A DNA stretch of 63,200 nucleotides, counting the filler, from Octopus bimaculoides (Eukaryota): assembly GCF_001194135.2 (NCBI RefSeq). It is 6 parts of 6 records of this genome, joined end to end, with 100 filler letters (N's around TTAATTAATTAA, not from the genome) between each part and the next. Parts side by side here need not be neighbours in the genome. Positions count along the whole stretch, not along the records: positions 13,068 to 42,970 come from NC_069000.1; 5 more parts are not named here. One strand, written 5' to 3'. The position numbers and the translations under genes are program-made. Shown here in pieces: positions 14,381 through 27,652 of this stretch. Positions within the stretch are counted from its first letter, which is position 1. Every line of letters starts with the position of its first letter. Under the pieces are notes generated by a model. That model was not told where the DNA came from, did not search any database, and saw only the letters and a list, made by a program, of their open reading frames with translations.

Positions 14381-15300
14381 GTTAAGACGAAGGGTGCGAT
14401 TCGATTGTAATAGATATTTTATTGGATGAACGATATTTCGAAAGTAAGCCTGTCTTTGTCGAGTTCAAAATAAGAAGTGATAAAAATTCAAAATTATAGA
14501 AATTTAAACTTAAAGTATGAATGAGAGAAACCAGCGTCCACAAATTGATGAAATGATGTCATCAGTTTTAAAGTTTCAATTCTATAACAAGCGAACAGTA
14601 AAAGAGAAAAAAGACAGAAAGAGAGACAGAAAGAAAGAGGAAAGAAAAAAGAAAAGGAGAAAAAGAAGTATATTTAATCAAAGAGTTTAGTATAAATTTG
14701 ATGATATTCTCCTGTCATTCTATTCACTGCTCCAGGGCGTGCTGTTAATAACTCGCAAACATATTTCTCCCCGTGCATTTTGAGAAGTGAAAGTGAAACA
14801 GATTCAGAATACTTTCTGAGAAGATGCACTTCCAAATTCTTTTTTTTTAAATTGCAGCCGTTGACGTCATATCTGCTCATCAAATCTTCTGTTTAATTGT
14901 TCTGTTGCACAACCAACATAAATCAGGTTGTATTTCGTTCATTCTGCTGCTCACACCAAATGGGAATCTCTACATGTTCTACCTTCTGTGTAAACATTTC
15001 TGTTATGATTCCTGATGGTATCCACTTGTCTCATGTTGTTGCATAATGAACAAGGCTTACCTCTCCTGCGTCTGTTTTTCAAGGTACAGCGTGCAGATAC
15101 TACAATGTTCGTTTTCGTGGAGTCGGAAATAGAGGTCAATAATTCTCTTATATTCTTATTGTGTCTAAAGGTTACAATAGGCGGCTGAGAAAATATCTGT
15201 TTGAAACGAGAATATTTTTCCGCCAAATGCTGGAAACTTTCATGCAACACTTTAGAAAAACCAACGAAATTTCGGTGCCAGTTAATCACGATAGGAATTC
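14381..15300 (-). mobile_element. Penelope-like retroelement 3' fragment
   Basis: Translates to IFSQPPIVTFRHNKNIRELL...GKPCSLCNNM...TCRDSHLV followed by a GIY-YIG remnant (..LEVH..). The 3' tail abuts (TAA)n at 14308-14380. Confidence 0.7.
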
Positions 15301-15904
15301 TATTATCTATTGTATTGTGTTAGATCCAAAGAAAAGTAGATACATAGATACATAGACACATTATTAAATCAAAGACAAATAACTACAGCGAATATTGGGT
15401 ATCACTTTCACTTTTCATTATCACACGAGGATAAAATTAACGCGCAAGTGGGTGAGTACTCCACAGACATGCATACCATTAACGTAGTTCTCAGGGAGAT
15501 TCAACCTCACACAGAATATGACAAGGCTGGCCCCTTTGAATTACAGCTACAACTCATTTTGGTCAGTTGTATGAACTGGAGCACGATAAGCCTTCAAGTG
15601 GTTGGAAGAAAATGAAAAAGATCCTAATTAGTGGCAAAATCTTTTTAATCGTTAGGTTCACTATGGGTGTTAATTCCGGTCCTAACAGCAGCTTTCGTGG
15701 GTCTCACAAATCGAAAGGCCCAAGCCCCCAGATAAACACCGATGCGTAGGCTGTTGTTAACAAACTGAGCGTAAGTCGAGGGTGATGGCACTACACGACG
15801 GAATAGCAATTATTTCCTCTTAGCTTTCACTGCTTATACTAAACACATGAAATATTTGCCTTACAATATGAAACAGCTCCTTTTCTTTCACTCTTTTTAG
15901 AAAC

Positions 15905-16215
15905 TGAAGCTCCATTGGTAACGATGACGAAGTTCCTGTTTATTTGATCAATGGAACAGTGTGCTGGTGAAATTAACGGCAAGTGACTGAGTACTCCACA
16001 AACATGCATACCATTAACGTAGTTCTCAGGGAGATTCAGCCTCACACAGAATGTCACAAGGCTGGACCCTTTCAATTACAGCTACAACTCATTTCTGCCA
16101 GCTGAGTGGACTGCAGCAAAGTGAAGTAGAGTGCCTTGCTCACTGGAAATCGTACTCATGATCTTAATCTTACTATCGTGGGACGAATACCTTTAACCAC
16201 TGAGCCACGCACCTT
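15905..16215 (-). mobile_element. tRNA-derived SINE, family C
   Basis: Head GTGGCTCAGTGGTTAAAG on the minus strand. The 3' module is shared with 15432-15565 and 58935-59285. Confidence 0.65.
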
Positions 16216-16814
16216 CACTCTCTTAACCACAGAGAAAAGGAGTGAAGCGACAGAAACAGGGAAGGAAAGCCCCAGTAATTTAAAATGGCAATTAGACTGA
16301 AATACGATCGATCTTTTCTAGCATCTTTACTTTTGACAATAAAGAAGAGAGAAGGAAATTTAGTAATGAATNNNNNNNNNNNNNNNNNNNNNNNNNNNNN
16401 NNNNNNNNNNNNNNNNNNNNNNNNNNNNNNNNNNNNNNNNNNNNNNNNNNNNNNNNNNNNNNNNNNNNNNNNNNNNNNNNNNNNNNNNNNNNNNNNNNNN
16501 NNNNNNNNNNNNNNNNNNNNNNNNNNNNNNNNNNNNNNNNNNNNNNNNNNNNNNNNNNNNNNNNNNNNNNNNNNNNNNNNNNNNNNNNNNNNNNNNNNNN
16601 NNNNNNNNNNNNNNNNNNNNNNNNNNNNNNNNNNNNNNNNNNNNNNNNNNNNNNNNNNNNNNNNNNNNNNNNNNNNNNNNNNNNNNNNNNNNNNNNNNNN
16701 NNNNNNNNNNNNNNNNNNNNNNNNNNNNNNNNNNNNNNNNNNNNNNNNNNNNNNNNNNNNNNNNNNNNNNNNNNNNNNNNNNNNNNNNNNNNNNNNNNNN
16801 NNNNNNNNNNNNNN

Positions 16815-16861
<47 letters not shown>

Positions 16862-17314
16862 CGTTTGTGTCTCGCTTTGTCCCCTCATCGCTTGACAACC
16901 AATGTTGGTGTATTTGCATCCCCATAACTTAGAGGTTCGGCAGGAGATTGTTATAAAATAAGCACTAGGCTAACAGGGTATAAGCGTAGGGGTCGATTTC
17001 TTCGACTAAAGGGTTGTGCTCCAGCATGGCCACCGTCAAATGACTGAAACAAGTAAAACAAAAGAATACCGGAAGAAGATTCCGTTTCACTAAACCAAGA
17101 AGGTTCTTTGAATATGTACGATATATCTTAAGGTTAAATAGTAATTCTGTTTACGTTTGCGTAACTGAGATATTTCGGTTGAATTATATAGTTATAGATT
17201 TTACTCTTATTTCTAAAAGTATCACAATATAGGAACATTTCTCATGGCACCAGCACAAAATCTACAGATGCTTACGTTTTTAATGCTTTCCGTGAAGTTT
17301 TCACAGGTCCAACT

Positions 17315-17347
<33 letters not shown>

Positions 17348-17740
17348 GTCCTTTCCACTATTGGCACAAGGCTTGAAATTTTTGGGGAGGGGACTCGTCG
17401 ATTACATCGACCCCAGTATTTCACTGGTACTTAATTTATCGACCCCAACAGGATGAAAGGCAAAGTCGACCTCGACGGAATTTGAACCCAGAAGGCAGTG
17501 ACGGGTGAAATACCGCTAAATATTTCGTCCAATGTGCTAACAATTCTCCCAGCTCGCCGCCTTAACAACAATAATAATAATCCTTTCTACTATAGGCACA
17601 ACACCTGAAATTTGGGGGAGGGGTTTAGTCGATAACATCGACCCAGTGTTTCACTGGTACTTAATTAATCGACCCCGAAAGGATGAAAGGGAAAGTCGAT
17701 CTCGGCGGCATTTGAACTCAGAACGTAGCAACGGGGGTGA
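17348..17740 (-). mobile_element. Two tandem family-B SINEs
   Basis: Units at 17348-17563 and 17579-17740 are separated by AAC/AAT repeats. Confidence 0.75.
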
Positions 17741-18589
17741 ACAACAACAATAATAATAACAATAATATGTGGTACTATAATAATAAGTCCAAACTTACTT
17801 ACATAAGATGAGTTCCTGAACAGAAAACAAAGTAAAGGTGTTTATTATATTTCAATATTTTGTGGCAGTTATAATCAAATTTCGTACTACTTTGCTTTAA
17901 CAGATGACAATCAGAGGATAAATTCTCATTAAAGAAATCTCTCTGTGCTACACGTATACGCTTCATTTTATCGCATTGATAAGAACCGTCATTATATATG
18001 TGTATATGCTGAGGTGCTAACATTTCCTGTGTCTGTATATTTATACAAATGTGTGTGTGTGTGTGTGTGTTTGAGTGTGTGTGCATGTGTAGAGGTAAGA
18101 TCCAAGGATCAAGGTGTAGGAAGTAAGTAAGCTTCGAGCAGTCCGTAGAAGGTATTAAAAACAACTTTCAGGAATAATAGTGGTTTATTGACGAAGAAAA
18201 TGGTTAATTTTTTCTCATATTGAAGTTTGATAAGCTGAAAAAGCTATTTTGTAGTTGATGATTAGCAACTGGGGTTGCTGCGTATGCGAATAAAAATCTA
18301 AACTAAGGGAATGGTGTAGATAAAATCCAGGTTACATATGTTTCATAGCTAGTAGAACCGCGGAAGCAATAATTATCGAAAACGAAGGGTATTCCACTCG
18401 CTACTCACCTGGCCAAAGATACCTTAGTTAATTGAATGTTACAGTGTCGTCATGGGATTGCATGTAAACTTGCAGGAGATTTGATCGGAAATGCACGGAA
18501 AGCACCGAGTGAGAAGAAATAATATATGGGAGTGGGTGAATGTCTAGATTTGTGAAGGAAAAGAACAAGAATAGTAGGGGCACACCAGG

Positions 18590-20718
18590 CTTACAGGTAC
18601 CGGATTAGCACATTAGTTAAGAGAGCATTGACGGGCACCATCGTCAACAATAAATGGTGGTATGCCCTAAAGAAAGCAATTAAAGCAGAATCAGTTAGGT
18701 ACAGTAAGGCCCTAGCATTAGACCGAAATAGAATAGAGGGAGACCTAGTTAAGAAATTAGAAGAGGCACTTAGAACTGGCATCGTGTCCAACGTACTAGC
18801 GGCTAGGTTGGCCCTCGACCAATACTTCAACGCCAAACATGAAGGATGCGTTGTCAGAGCTAGGATGTGCTCTGAAGAACGAAGGAGTTGGAGCCGCCCG
18901 AGAAGCCCGAGTGGCGGAGGCGCAACGAGGCAACAAAGACACCGTTAGGTATCTGACAGATGAGCAGGGGCTTGAATTACGCGAGCCCGAAAGGATGTGT
19001 GAGGCCTTTCAACAACACTTTGCCCGACTGTTCGGGACAACTGGTGGGTCAGAACGCAGAGTGGATTTTAGTGCCTAGCTGCATGGCCTTCCACGACTCT
19101 CGGCAAGAGAGGCGGAGTGTTGTGAAAGACCCATCACAGCCACGGACGTACGGGATGCGATGGCAGGCTGCGCGGAAAACAAGTCGCCAGGCTTGGATGG
19201 TCTGCCCTACGAACTTTATTGTTATATGTCAGACTTGTTTGGAGGCGTCTTGACAGCGGTCTACTGCAACTNNNNNNNNNNNNNNNNNNNNNNNNNNNNN
19301 NNNNNNNNNNNNNNNNNNNNNNNNNNNNNNNNNNNNNNNNNNNNNNNNNNNNNNNNNNNNNNNNNNNNNNNNNNNNNNNNNNNNNNNNNNNNNNNNNNNN
19401 NNNNNNNNNNNNNNNNNNNNNNNNNNNNNNNNNNNNNNNNNNNNNNNNNNNNNNNNNNNNNNNNNNNNNNNNNNNNNNNNNNNNNNNNNNNNNNNNNNNN
19501 NNNNNNNNNNNNNNNNNNNNNNNNNNNNNNNNNNNNNNNNNNNNNNNNNNNNNNNNNNNNNNNNNNNNNNNNNNNNNNNNNNNNNNNNNNNNNNNNNNNN
19601 NNNNNNNNNNNNNNNNNNNNNNNNNNNNNNNNNNNNNNNNNNNNNNNNNNNNNNNNNNNNNNNNNNNNNNNNNNNNNNNNNNNNNNNNNNNNNNNNNNNN
19701 NNNNNNNNNNNNNNNNNNNNNNNNNNNNNNNNNNNNNNNNNNNNNNNNNNNNNNNNNNNNNNNNNNNNNNNNNNNNNNNNNNNNNNNNNNNNNNNNNNNN
19801 NNNNNNNNNNNNNNNNNNNNNNNNNNNNNNNNNNNNNNNNNNNNNNNNNNNNNNNNNNNNNNNNNNNNNNNNNNNNNNNNNNNNNNNNNNNNNNNNNNNN
19901 NNNNNNNNNNNNNNNNNNNNNNNNNNNNNNNNNNNNNNNNNNNNNNNNNNNNNNNNNNNNNNNNNNNNNNNNNNNNNNNNNNNNNNNNNNNNNNNNNNNN
20001 NNNNNNNNNNNNNNNNNNNNNNNNNNNNNNNNNNNNNNNNNNNNNNNNNNNNNNNNNNNNNNNNNNNNNNNNNNNNNNNNNNNNNNNNNNNNNNNNNNNN
20101 NNNNNNNNNNNNNNNNNNNNNNNNNNNNNNNNNNNNNNNNTAACCGGGAAAAGTCAGTGGGCTTGCGGCTCGGCATCTGGAGAAGCAAGCCCATGCCATC
20201 CAACAGCGTCTCCATAGCGGGACGTTGGCCCGACGGACCGGTTAAATTTGTCGGAGTCTGGTTCGGTCCGAACCTTCAAATGGAGAAGTACTGGGACGAG
20301 ATAACGAGTAGGGTGGCCACTCTTACACAGCAATAGGCCGAGAGGAAGCTATCCCTAAAGGTCGGGCGGAGGTGGCGAACGCGTACATCGCATCCGTCAT
20401 CGATTACCGTCTGACCGTCGTGCCTTGTCCCGACCCTACCATCACCAAACTGGAACGCATACTCTTCCTTTTTTTGTGGAAGGGAAGCATTCCGATGGTT
20501 AGGCGATCCATTTGCCATCAACACCCGTTAAATGGAAGGCTGGGCATGCCGTGGTTGATGATGCTAAGACATGTGCTGAGACTGCGACATCTCCAGCGCT
20601 TCATAGACGACGGTGAACAGGTGTGGTCACCGTTTGTGTGGCGCACTTTCATGCAGCTCGTCTCTTTGGCAGTCGTGGATCAAACAGAGTCGAAGTCTAG
20701 GCGAATGGCACCGCTTTG
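18590..20718 (+). mobile_element. Tx1/L1-like LINE fragment, copy 1 (RT core in N gap)
   Basis: IVNNKWW..LKKAIK, KSPGLDGLPYELY, then after the gap EVANAYIASVIDYRLTV...FLWKG..GRLGMPWL. Frameshifted and homologous to 21828-25376 and 34752-36388. Confidence 0.85.
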
Positions 20719-20759
20719 AACATGATCCTGTAGGTTGAAAAGAGAGGCTAATGAAGCTG

Positions 20760-20836
<77 letters not shown>

Positions 20837-21827
20837 GGTAATTAGTACGGGATTCCACCAAACGTTTACCGGTTTGCTCACAGTTAAGTATTCAAAATAG
20901 GTTATTCAAGAGTTAATATATAAATCCAGTAATAATTCCCATNNNNNNNNNNNNNNNNNNNNNNNNNNNNNNNNNNNNNNNNNNNNNNNNNNNNNNNNNN
21001 NNNNNNNNNNNNNNNNNNNNNNNNNNNNNNNNNNNNNNNNNNNNNNNNNNNNNNNNNNNNNNNNNNNNNNNNNNNNNNNNNNNNNNNNNNNNNNNNNNNN
21101 NNNNNNNNNNNNNNNNNNNNNNNNNNNNNNNNNNNNNNNNNNNNNNNNNNNNNNNNNNNNNNNNNNNNNNNNNNNNNNNNNNNNNNNNNNNNNNNNNNNN
21201 NNNNNNNNNNNNNNNNNNNNNNNNNNNNNNNNNNNNNNNNNNNNNNNNNNNNNNNNNNNNNNNNNNNNNNNNNNNNNNNNNNNNNNNNNNNNNNNNNNNN
21301 NNNNNNNNNNNNNNNNNNNNNNNNNNNNNNNNNNNNNNNNNNNNNNNNNNNNNNNNNNNNNNNNNNNNNNNNNNNNNNNNNNNNNNNNNNNNNNNNNNNN
21401 NNNNNNNNNNNNNNNNNNNNNNNNNNNNNNNNNNNNNNNNNNNNNNNNNNNNNNNNNNNNNNNNNNNNNNNNNNNNNNNNNNNNNNNNNNNNNNNNNNNN
21501 NNNNNNNNNNNNNNNNNNNNNNNNNNNNNNNNNNNNNNNNNNNNNNNNNNNNNNNNNNNNNNNNNNNNNNNNNNNNNNNNNNNNNNNNNNNNNNNNNNNN
21601 NNNNNNNNNNNNNNNNNNNNNNNNNNNNNNNNNNNNNNNNNNNNNNNNNNNNNNNNNNNNNNNNNNNNNNNNNNNNNNNNNNNNNNNNNNNNNNNNNNNN
21701 NNNNNNNNNNNNNNNNNNNNNNNNNNNNNNNNNNNNNNNNNNNNNNNNNNNNNNNNNNNNNNNNNNNNNNNNNNNNNNNNNNNNNNNNNNNNNNNNNNNN
21801 NNNNNNNNNNNNNNNNNNNNNNNNNNN

Positions 21828-24800
21828 CTGGAAGTTACCCATAGGGCCCGGCCCGAAAATCCTCCGGAACAGACTGGTGAGTTGAAATTCATTGACGGCT
21901 AAAGTCTCCCCAAGAACGTCGTCGTTTCCTCTCACCACTAACCCTTTATACAGCACTATAGTAGAACTTCCACTAACCGCATTGCCCGACTGGCTGAGGA
22001 GTGTGAGCGCCTGGCGACACTCAAGGTGGATTAATTTTTGCTCCTGTTACTTCCACGTATTCTTTCACAGTATGCTGACCAGATCAATGTGCTTGTCGTC
22101 CGACACTATGACGCTGATGTAGACTGCGTATTCAGACACAACTCTCCCACATCCTAGTTCACCCGAGATGCCACTCAACGTCTCCGGTTTCCGAAGTAAT
22201 GGCTTGGGGGTCAGTACATGCAGAAAGGACGATAGTGGGCACCCTTGACGGACCGAACGCATGATGCTGAATTATTCCGATAGGTGACCATTCACCCGGA
22301 CTATCGAACAGATGCAACTGTGCATGGCAGCGATCCAATAGCAAAAACCGGACTGAAAATGGCCGACGTGAGAGCAGCCGACAGCTCTTGATGGTCAACC
22401 CTGTCAAAGGCTTTTGGTTGATCTAAATTGATCAGAACCCTACTCATGCCAGGTTTCTTAATTACGCTACCCACGATGTAGCGTGTGAGGGGGAGGTTGT
22501 TGTGGATGGATCTGTTTGGGACGGCGCATGTTTGTGCGTCTCCAACCAGTTTTTCGACGACGAGCAGCAATCTCTTCACTAACACTTTGGCCAAAATTTT
22601 CATGTCTGCATTAAGCAGAGTGATTGGCCTAAAATTATCTAATACTTCCTCTTTGTTGGGATCCTATCTCAGCTGTAGCACTGCTCTTCGGCTCACATAT
22701 TTGGGAATTTTTTCATTCTGCTGCCAGTTGTAGTAGATATCTGCCAAGAGTCCTGCAAACAGGTCTAGCATACTAAAATAAAGCTCGTAGAACAGACCAT
22801 CTGATCTCAGCGATTTGCTCCCCGTGCAGCCCATTATCTCGTCCCATATTTCCTCAGTTGTTATCGGCCTTTCGCAACACTCCGCATCTCTTGCTGAGAG
22901 TCGTGGCACGCCATCGAGGCCGGCAGTGAAACCCATCCTGCGATCTGCTCCACCGTTCGTCTCGAACAATTCGGTAAAGTGCTGCTGAAAAGCCGCACAC
23001 ATTTGCTCCGTNNNNNNNNNNTTTGGTTCCCTCTTGTCTCAGAGTACGTGCCTTATCTCTGACAATGCAACCTTCGTGCTTGGTGTTGAAGTGTTCATCG
23101 AGAGCCAAACACGCTGCCAGCACGTCAGTTGCAATGCCTTTCCAAAGCGCCTTTTCTAACTTTCTCACTAAATAACCCTCTAATCTATTTCTTTCTACAG
23201 CTAAAACTGCTGAATCTAACTGATTCTACTTTGATAACCTTTTTTAGGTTATACCACCATTTATTGTTGACGATTGCCCTCGTCAAAGCTTTCTGATCTA
23301 ATTCTTTAATCTGGTCTCTGAAAGCTTGGCACGCTGGGAGTAACGTGTTCAGCTTCCAGTAGCTGGGGCCCTGTCTACTTATGCTGTCTAAGTCGACCTT
23401 ACAGGTCACTAATTTGTGATCTGTGTAGTCGACTATTTGAAATTGTGGACAACTAATACTATTTCTATCTAAAGACCCGCAAAATACTCTACCTAGATAA
23501 GACCTGGATGTTCCGATACGGTTTGCCCATGTCCACATTGACACATTCGGGAAATCAAGTTGGTACCTGTCAGACAGTCGAAAGTATCTGTGCAGATTTG
23601 TGAGGCCTTTGAAATTCCCTTTCCTATCGGCTAGTCCCATAAATCCAGTTGTGCATCTAAGATGGCATTAAAATCATCCACTAACACCACTAAGGTAGGG
23701 ACGTACTCAGGAAGACCTCCAGACACCTGAAGTATTCCGGCTGTGTTGGACCACCAGCTTACCTTATGGATCCAAGAAGACTGACCTTATTTTGAGATCT
23801 AGACCTTTCGGAAACAATACCGCAGTACCCCTACCACACATTGCCCGCCGATAGATCTCGTAGTCATCGAAAATAGGCATGAAAGCTGGTGGTTCGGTTA
23901 GTCTGGATTCAGTAATGGCTATTACATCTATTCCTCATAACCTGAGGTCGTTGAGTAGTTGACCTTGTTTCCAAGGGGAACCCAGGCCATCTGCCTTTAT
24001 ACAACCTATTTTGAGTATGACCATTTGAGTGGCTGGTAAGGAGAAAAATGAGAGGACTACTTACCGTTAACACTCTGGGGTGAGAGTGGGCAGATATACC
24101 GCTCCTTAAGTGTGGTGTGGCGGTCCCCATGACCAAAAATTTATAGAGGCTCCAAGACACTTTCGTGTTGAAGCCTCCAACCGCCTGTGCAGATTTGGAT
24201 TTTATGTTGCTGTATGTATGTTGCGATGTTCGAAGCATCTGTATGTGTGGTGCAGTGTGCTATCCGTGGGGGAAACTAAGTCAGTCATTTTGATGTCTGT
24301 ATTTGTCTTTATGTAAGTTTGTGTTGTCTGTGTTTATGGCAGCGTGGTGTTTTTGTTGTTCTCGTTTACTTTTTGTGACCCTGTTGTGCCTTGTACCGTT
24401 GGTTGTCTTTGGTGTTGGTAGTGGGGGTGTTGCTGAAGGTGTTGGTGTGTTGTTTTCGGGTGATTTTAATTGCTTTTTGGGGGTACAACTTGTTTATTTG
24501 TTGGTGTACTGTTGTACCTTTTTCTTTGTCTTTTACGTGTGAGTTCTGTCCAATCTATTCTGTCGGCCTCTCTGCATGACACGTCTGATTGGTCAGAGTT
24601 GGGAAGGGGTAGTTCCAGTGGGTCGAAATTTGCTGATGTTCTTTGTTTCTCTAGCAAGAGCTGCGTAGATGGTGTAGTTGTGGTTAGCGCTTCTGTTGTT
24701 GTTGGCGTTGTTGTCTCTAGTGTAGTTGTTGTTGGTGGTGTGTTTGCTGGAGCTCTCTCTGCTTTCTTTTCGTTGGTTTTCGTCTCTTGCTGGGATTGCT

Positions 24801-25376
24801 CTTGTTGTTGTAGTGTGGGTGGTGCTTGTATCAAGAGGGTAGTGTCTTCCTACTGTTTTATTTGTGAGAAGAAAACTTTCAAGTGGTATTCTCTGTCCGC
24901 ATTGATAACATCTTAGCCTTCTGCCCTCAACTGTGACGTTCAGCATAGTGCCATCTGGAGGGCTGAGTTGGCTAGGAATCTGTTCCAAAACGTTTTGATT
25001 TATTTGGACTATTATTTGCAATTCCTGACCAGTCCGATTATTTTTTCTTTGTTTCTCAACCTGGATGATCCTGATTTTATCTTCCAAGTCGAGATTTACA
25101 GCTGCGACAATCGAGGAAGCGCTTATTTCTGGTGGTAACTCCAGTATTTTTATTTTGACGACGTGCTGTTTTGCTACGTCTTCTGTAGCAAAAGTGACTT
25201 AAATTGTGCTATATTTCTTAGCCCTCGATAGATATGTTACATCTTTCGATATGGGTTGCAAACATTTTTCAACTGCTTCTTTTGTGGCAGTTTCTAAACG
25301 TCTATGTTTTTAAAGATATAGTTTTGCACACTATGGTACATTTGTTTGTATTGTCTATAATATGGGGGGGGGGGGN
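21828..25376 (-). mobile_element. Tx1/L1-like LINE, copy 2, near full length (ORF1 gag-like plus ORF2 APE-RT), decayed
   Basis: ORF1 has VTFATEDVA and a CYQCGQ knuckle remnant. APE motifs DDFNAILD, SYLGRVF, YTDHKLV, YWKLN. RT motifs NFRPITLLNADMKILAKVL, LDQPKAFDRVDH, VRQGCPLS. Confidence 0.9.
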
Positions 25377-25977
25377 NNNNNNNNNNNNNNNNNNNNNNNN
25401 NNNNNNNNNNNNNNNNNNNNNNNNNNNNNNNNNNNNNNNNNNNNNNNNNNNNNNNNNNNNNNNNNNNNNNNNNNNNNNNNNNNNNNNNNNNNNNNNNNNN
25501 NNNNNNNNNNNNNNNNNNNNNNNNNNNNNNNNNNNNNNNNNNNNNNNNNNNNNNNNNNNNNNNNNNNNNNNNNNNNNNNNNNNNNNNNNNNNNNNNNNNN
25601 NNNNNNNNNNNNNNNNNNNNNNNNNNNNNNNNNNNNNNNNNNNNNNNNNNNNNNNNNNNNNNNNNNNNNNNNNNNNNNNNNNNNNNNNNNNNNNNNNNNN
25701 NNNNNNNNNNNNNNNNNNNNNNNNNNNNNNNNNNNNNNNNNNNNNNNNNNNNNNNNNNNNNNNNNNNNNNNNNNNNNNNNNNNNNNNNNNNNNNNNNNNN
25801 NNNNNNNNNNNNNNNNNNNNNNNNNNNNNNNNCTGAAAAATGAAAAAATGCAAGACACCAATCAGCCTGGCCACAGATACAACAATATTATCTGTAAAAA
25901 TTGAACAAAAACTTACAGCTCACGAACACACGTCCTTCCTCTTTGAAATCCATGAGCAGAGTCCAATAATAATGATG

Positions 25978-26033
<56 letters not shown>

Positions 26034-26212
26034 TATAAGTATTATTACGAAGTAGCATTAGCCTCTAATTCCTTTTAATATATATAAAGCAGCAAATAAA
26101 CCTACACATGCTTCTACTGCATCGATTAGTAAATGTTGCAATAATATCGGTTCTTCACTTTAATATCTTTTGTCTTAAGTCTTTAAAGGTTTCATTGGTT
26201 TTTTTTTTTTTG

Positions 26213-27442
26213 CAGGGTCGGCTGAAAAGTTCATAGGCAGACTAAGATACTCTCATGAAATGTAACTAAATGAAGTTTATTTCTCAACATAGTCCCCCTT
26301 GCGGTCCACACATTTCATCTATCGGTGTTACAGTGCTTGAATACCATTGGTGAAAAAGTTTTCTTCCTGTTGGTCAAAAAATACATCCACAGCAGATATA
26401 ATGTCATCATCACTGCGATACTGTTGGAGAACAGGAGATAGTCAGATGGGGATAAATCAAGAGAACAGTGTAACTGATCAACTAGTTCAAAGCCGCAATC
26501 ACACACAACAGCTACTGAAACCAAGAACTTGTGTGCGGAACATCGTCCTGATGAATCAAGACCCTTTTCGTCAATTTTCCTGGGCGCTTGGTCTTGATAG
26601 GCTTTCGTAACTGCCTCAGCAAGTTGGCATAGTATTCTCTATTCATAGTGTGGCCTTCTTGAATGTAGTCAATAAACATAATCCCTTTTGCAACCCCCAA
26701 AAATGACCTTGACCTTATTTGGAGCATGTGAGGGGGTGTTTCCACTGAATGGACTATCTTTTTGTCTCTGACTTAAAGTGATGACTCCAACGCCGATCCT
26801 GGGTTAGGAAACATTAAAGGAAACCACCTGGATCTACCCCCAAACAATGTCAGATTTTATAATATGATCAACCAGGGACACTTTTGATCAGGTCTCAGAT
26901 GTGGAACCCACCGAACAGAAACTTTTGTCGTGCCAAGTTCATTATACAGAATACTCTCAACTCTTTCACAGGATATGCTAATAGTATTAGCTATTTGATT
27001 TATAGTCAATAGTTTGTGATCCATCAACATGTGGTGAACAAGATCAATGTTTTCCTCGATGGCGGCAGTTGTACGATGTCCAGAACTTAGATCATCTTCA
27101 AGACTCTCCCTTCCCCTTCTAAATTTAGCTGCTTACTTTTGCACTGTTGATAGAGTTAAGTATCATCCCTTAATGTAGCAACCATGTCAGCACGAATGTC
27201 CTTAGAGGCTAAAGCCTTTTTCTGAAGGTATTTGATAAAATTACGATGCCAAATTCAATCCATTTTCAAGAAAAGTCGCTACTAATTACATTTGAAGTGT
27301 TCTTTGAACAGTCAGATGTTAGTTTACCCGAAAAGAAACAGTGCAGTTATTCATATGAAGGGTTGAAATTAATGTGTGCAAAATTTCACAGCTCTAGCAT
27401 CACTCCTTCATAGTCAGCCTATGAACTTTTCACCTTACCCTC
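26213..27442 (-). mobile_element. Mariner transposon with both TIRs, decayed transposase
   Basis: TIRs CAGGGTCGGCTGAAAAGTTCATAGGCAGACT (from 26213) and its near reverse complement (27412-27442). Remnants GIMFIDY..G.TMNREYYANLLRQLRK.IKTKRPGKL...LIHQDD.P.H and LDLSPSDYLLF. Confidence 0.85.
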
Positions 27443-27497
27443 ATATACATACATATATGTATGCATACATACATACATACATACATACATACACACG

Positions 27498-27558
<61 letters not shown>

Positions 27559-27652
27559 TTTAATCAAGATTAAACGTGGTACTTAAAATGTTTGAGGCAC
27601 CAGAATTTGGTAGGGTAAAAACCAAAAACAAAATCAAGAGATTTAGTGAATA

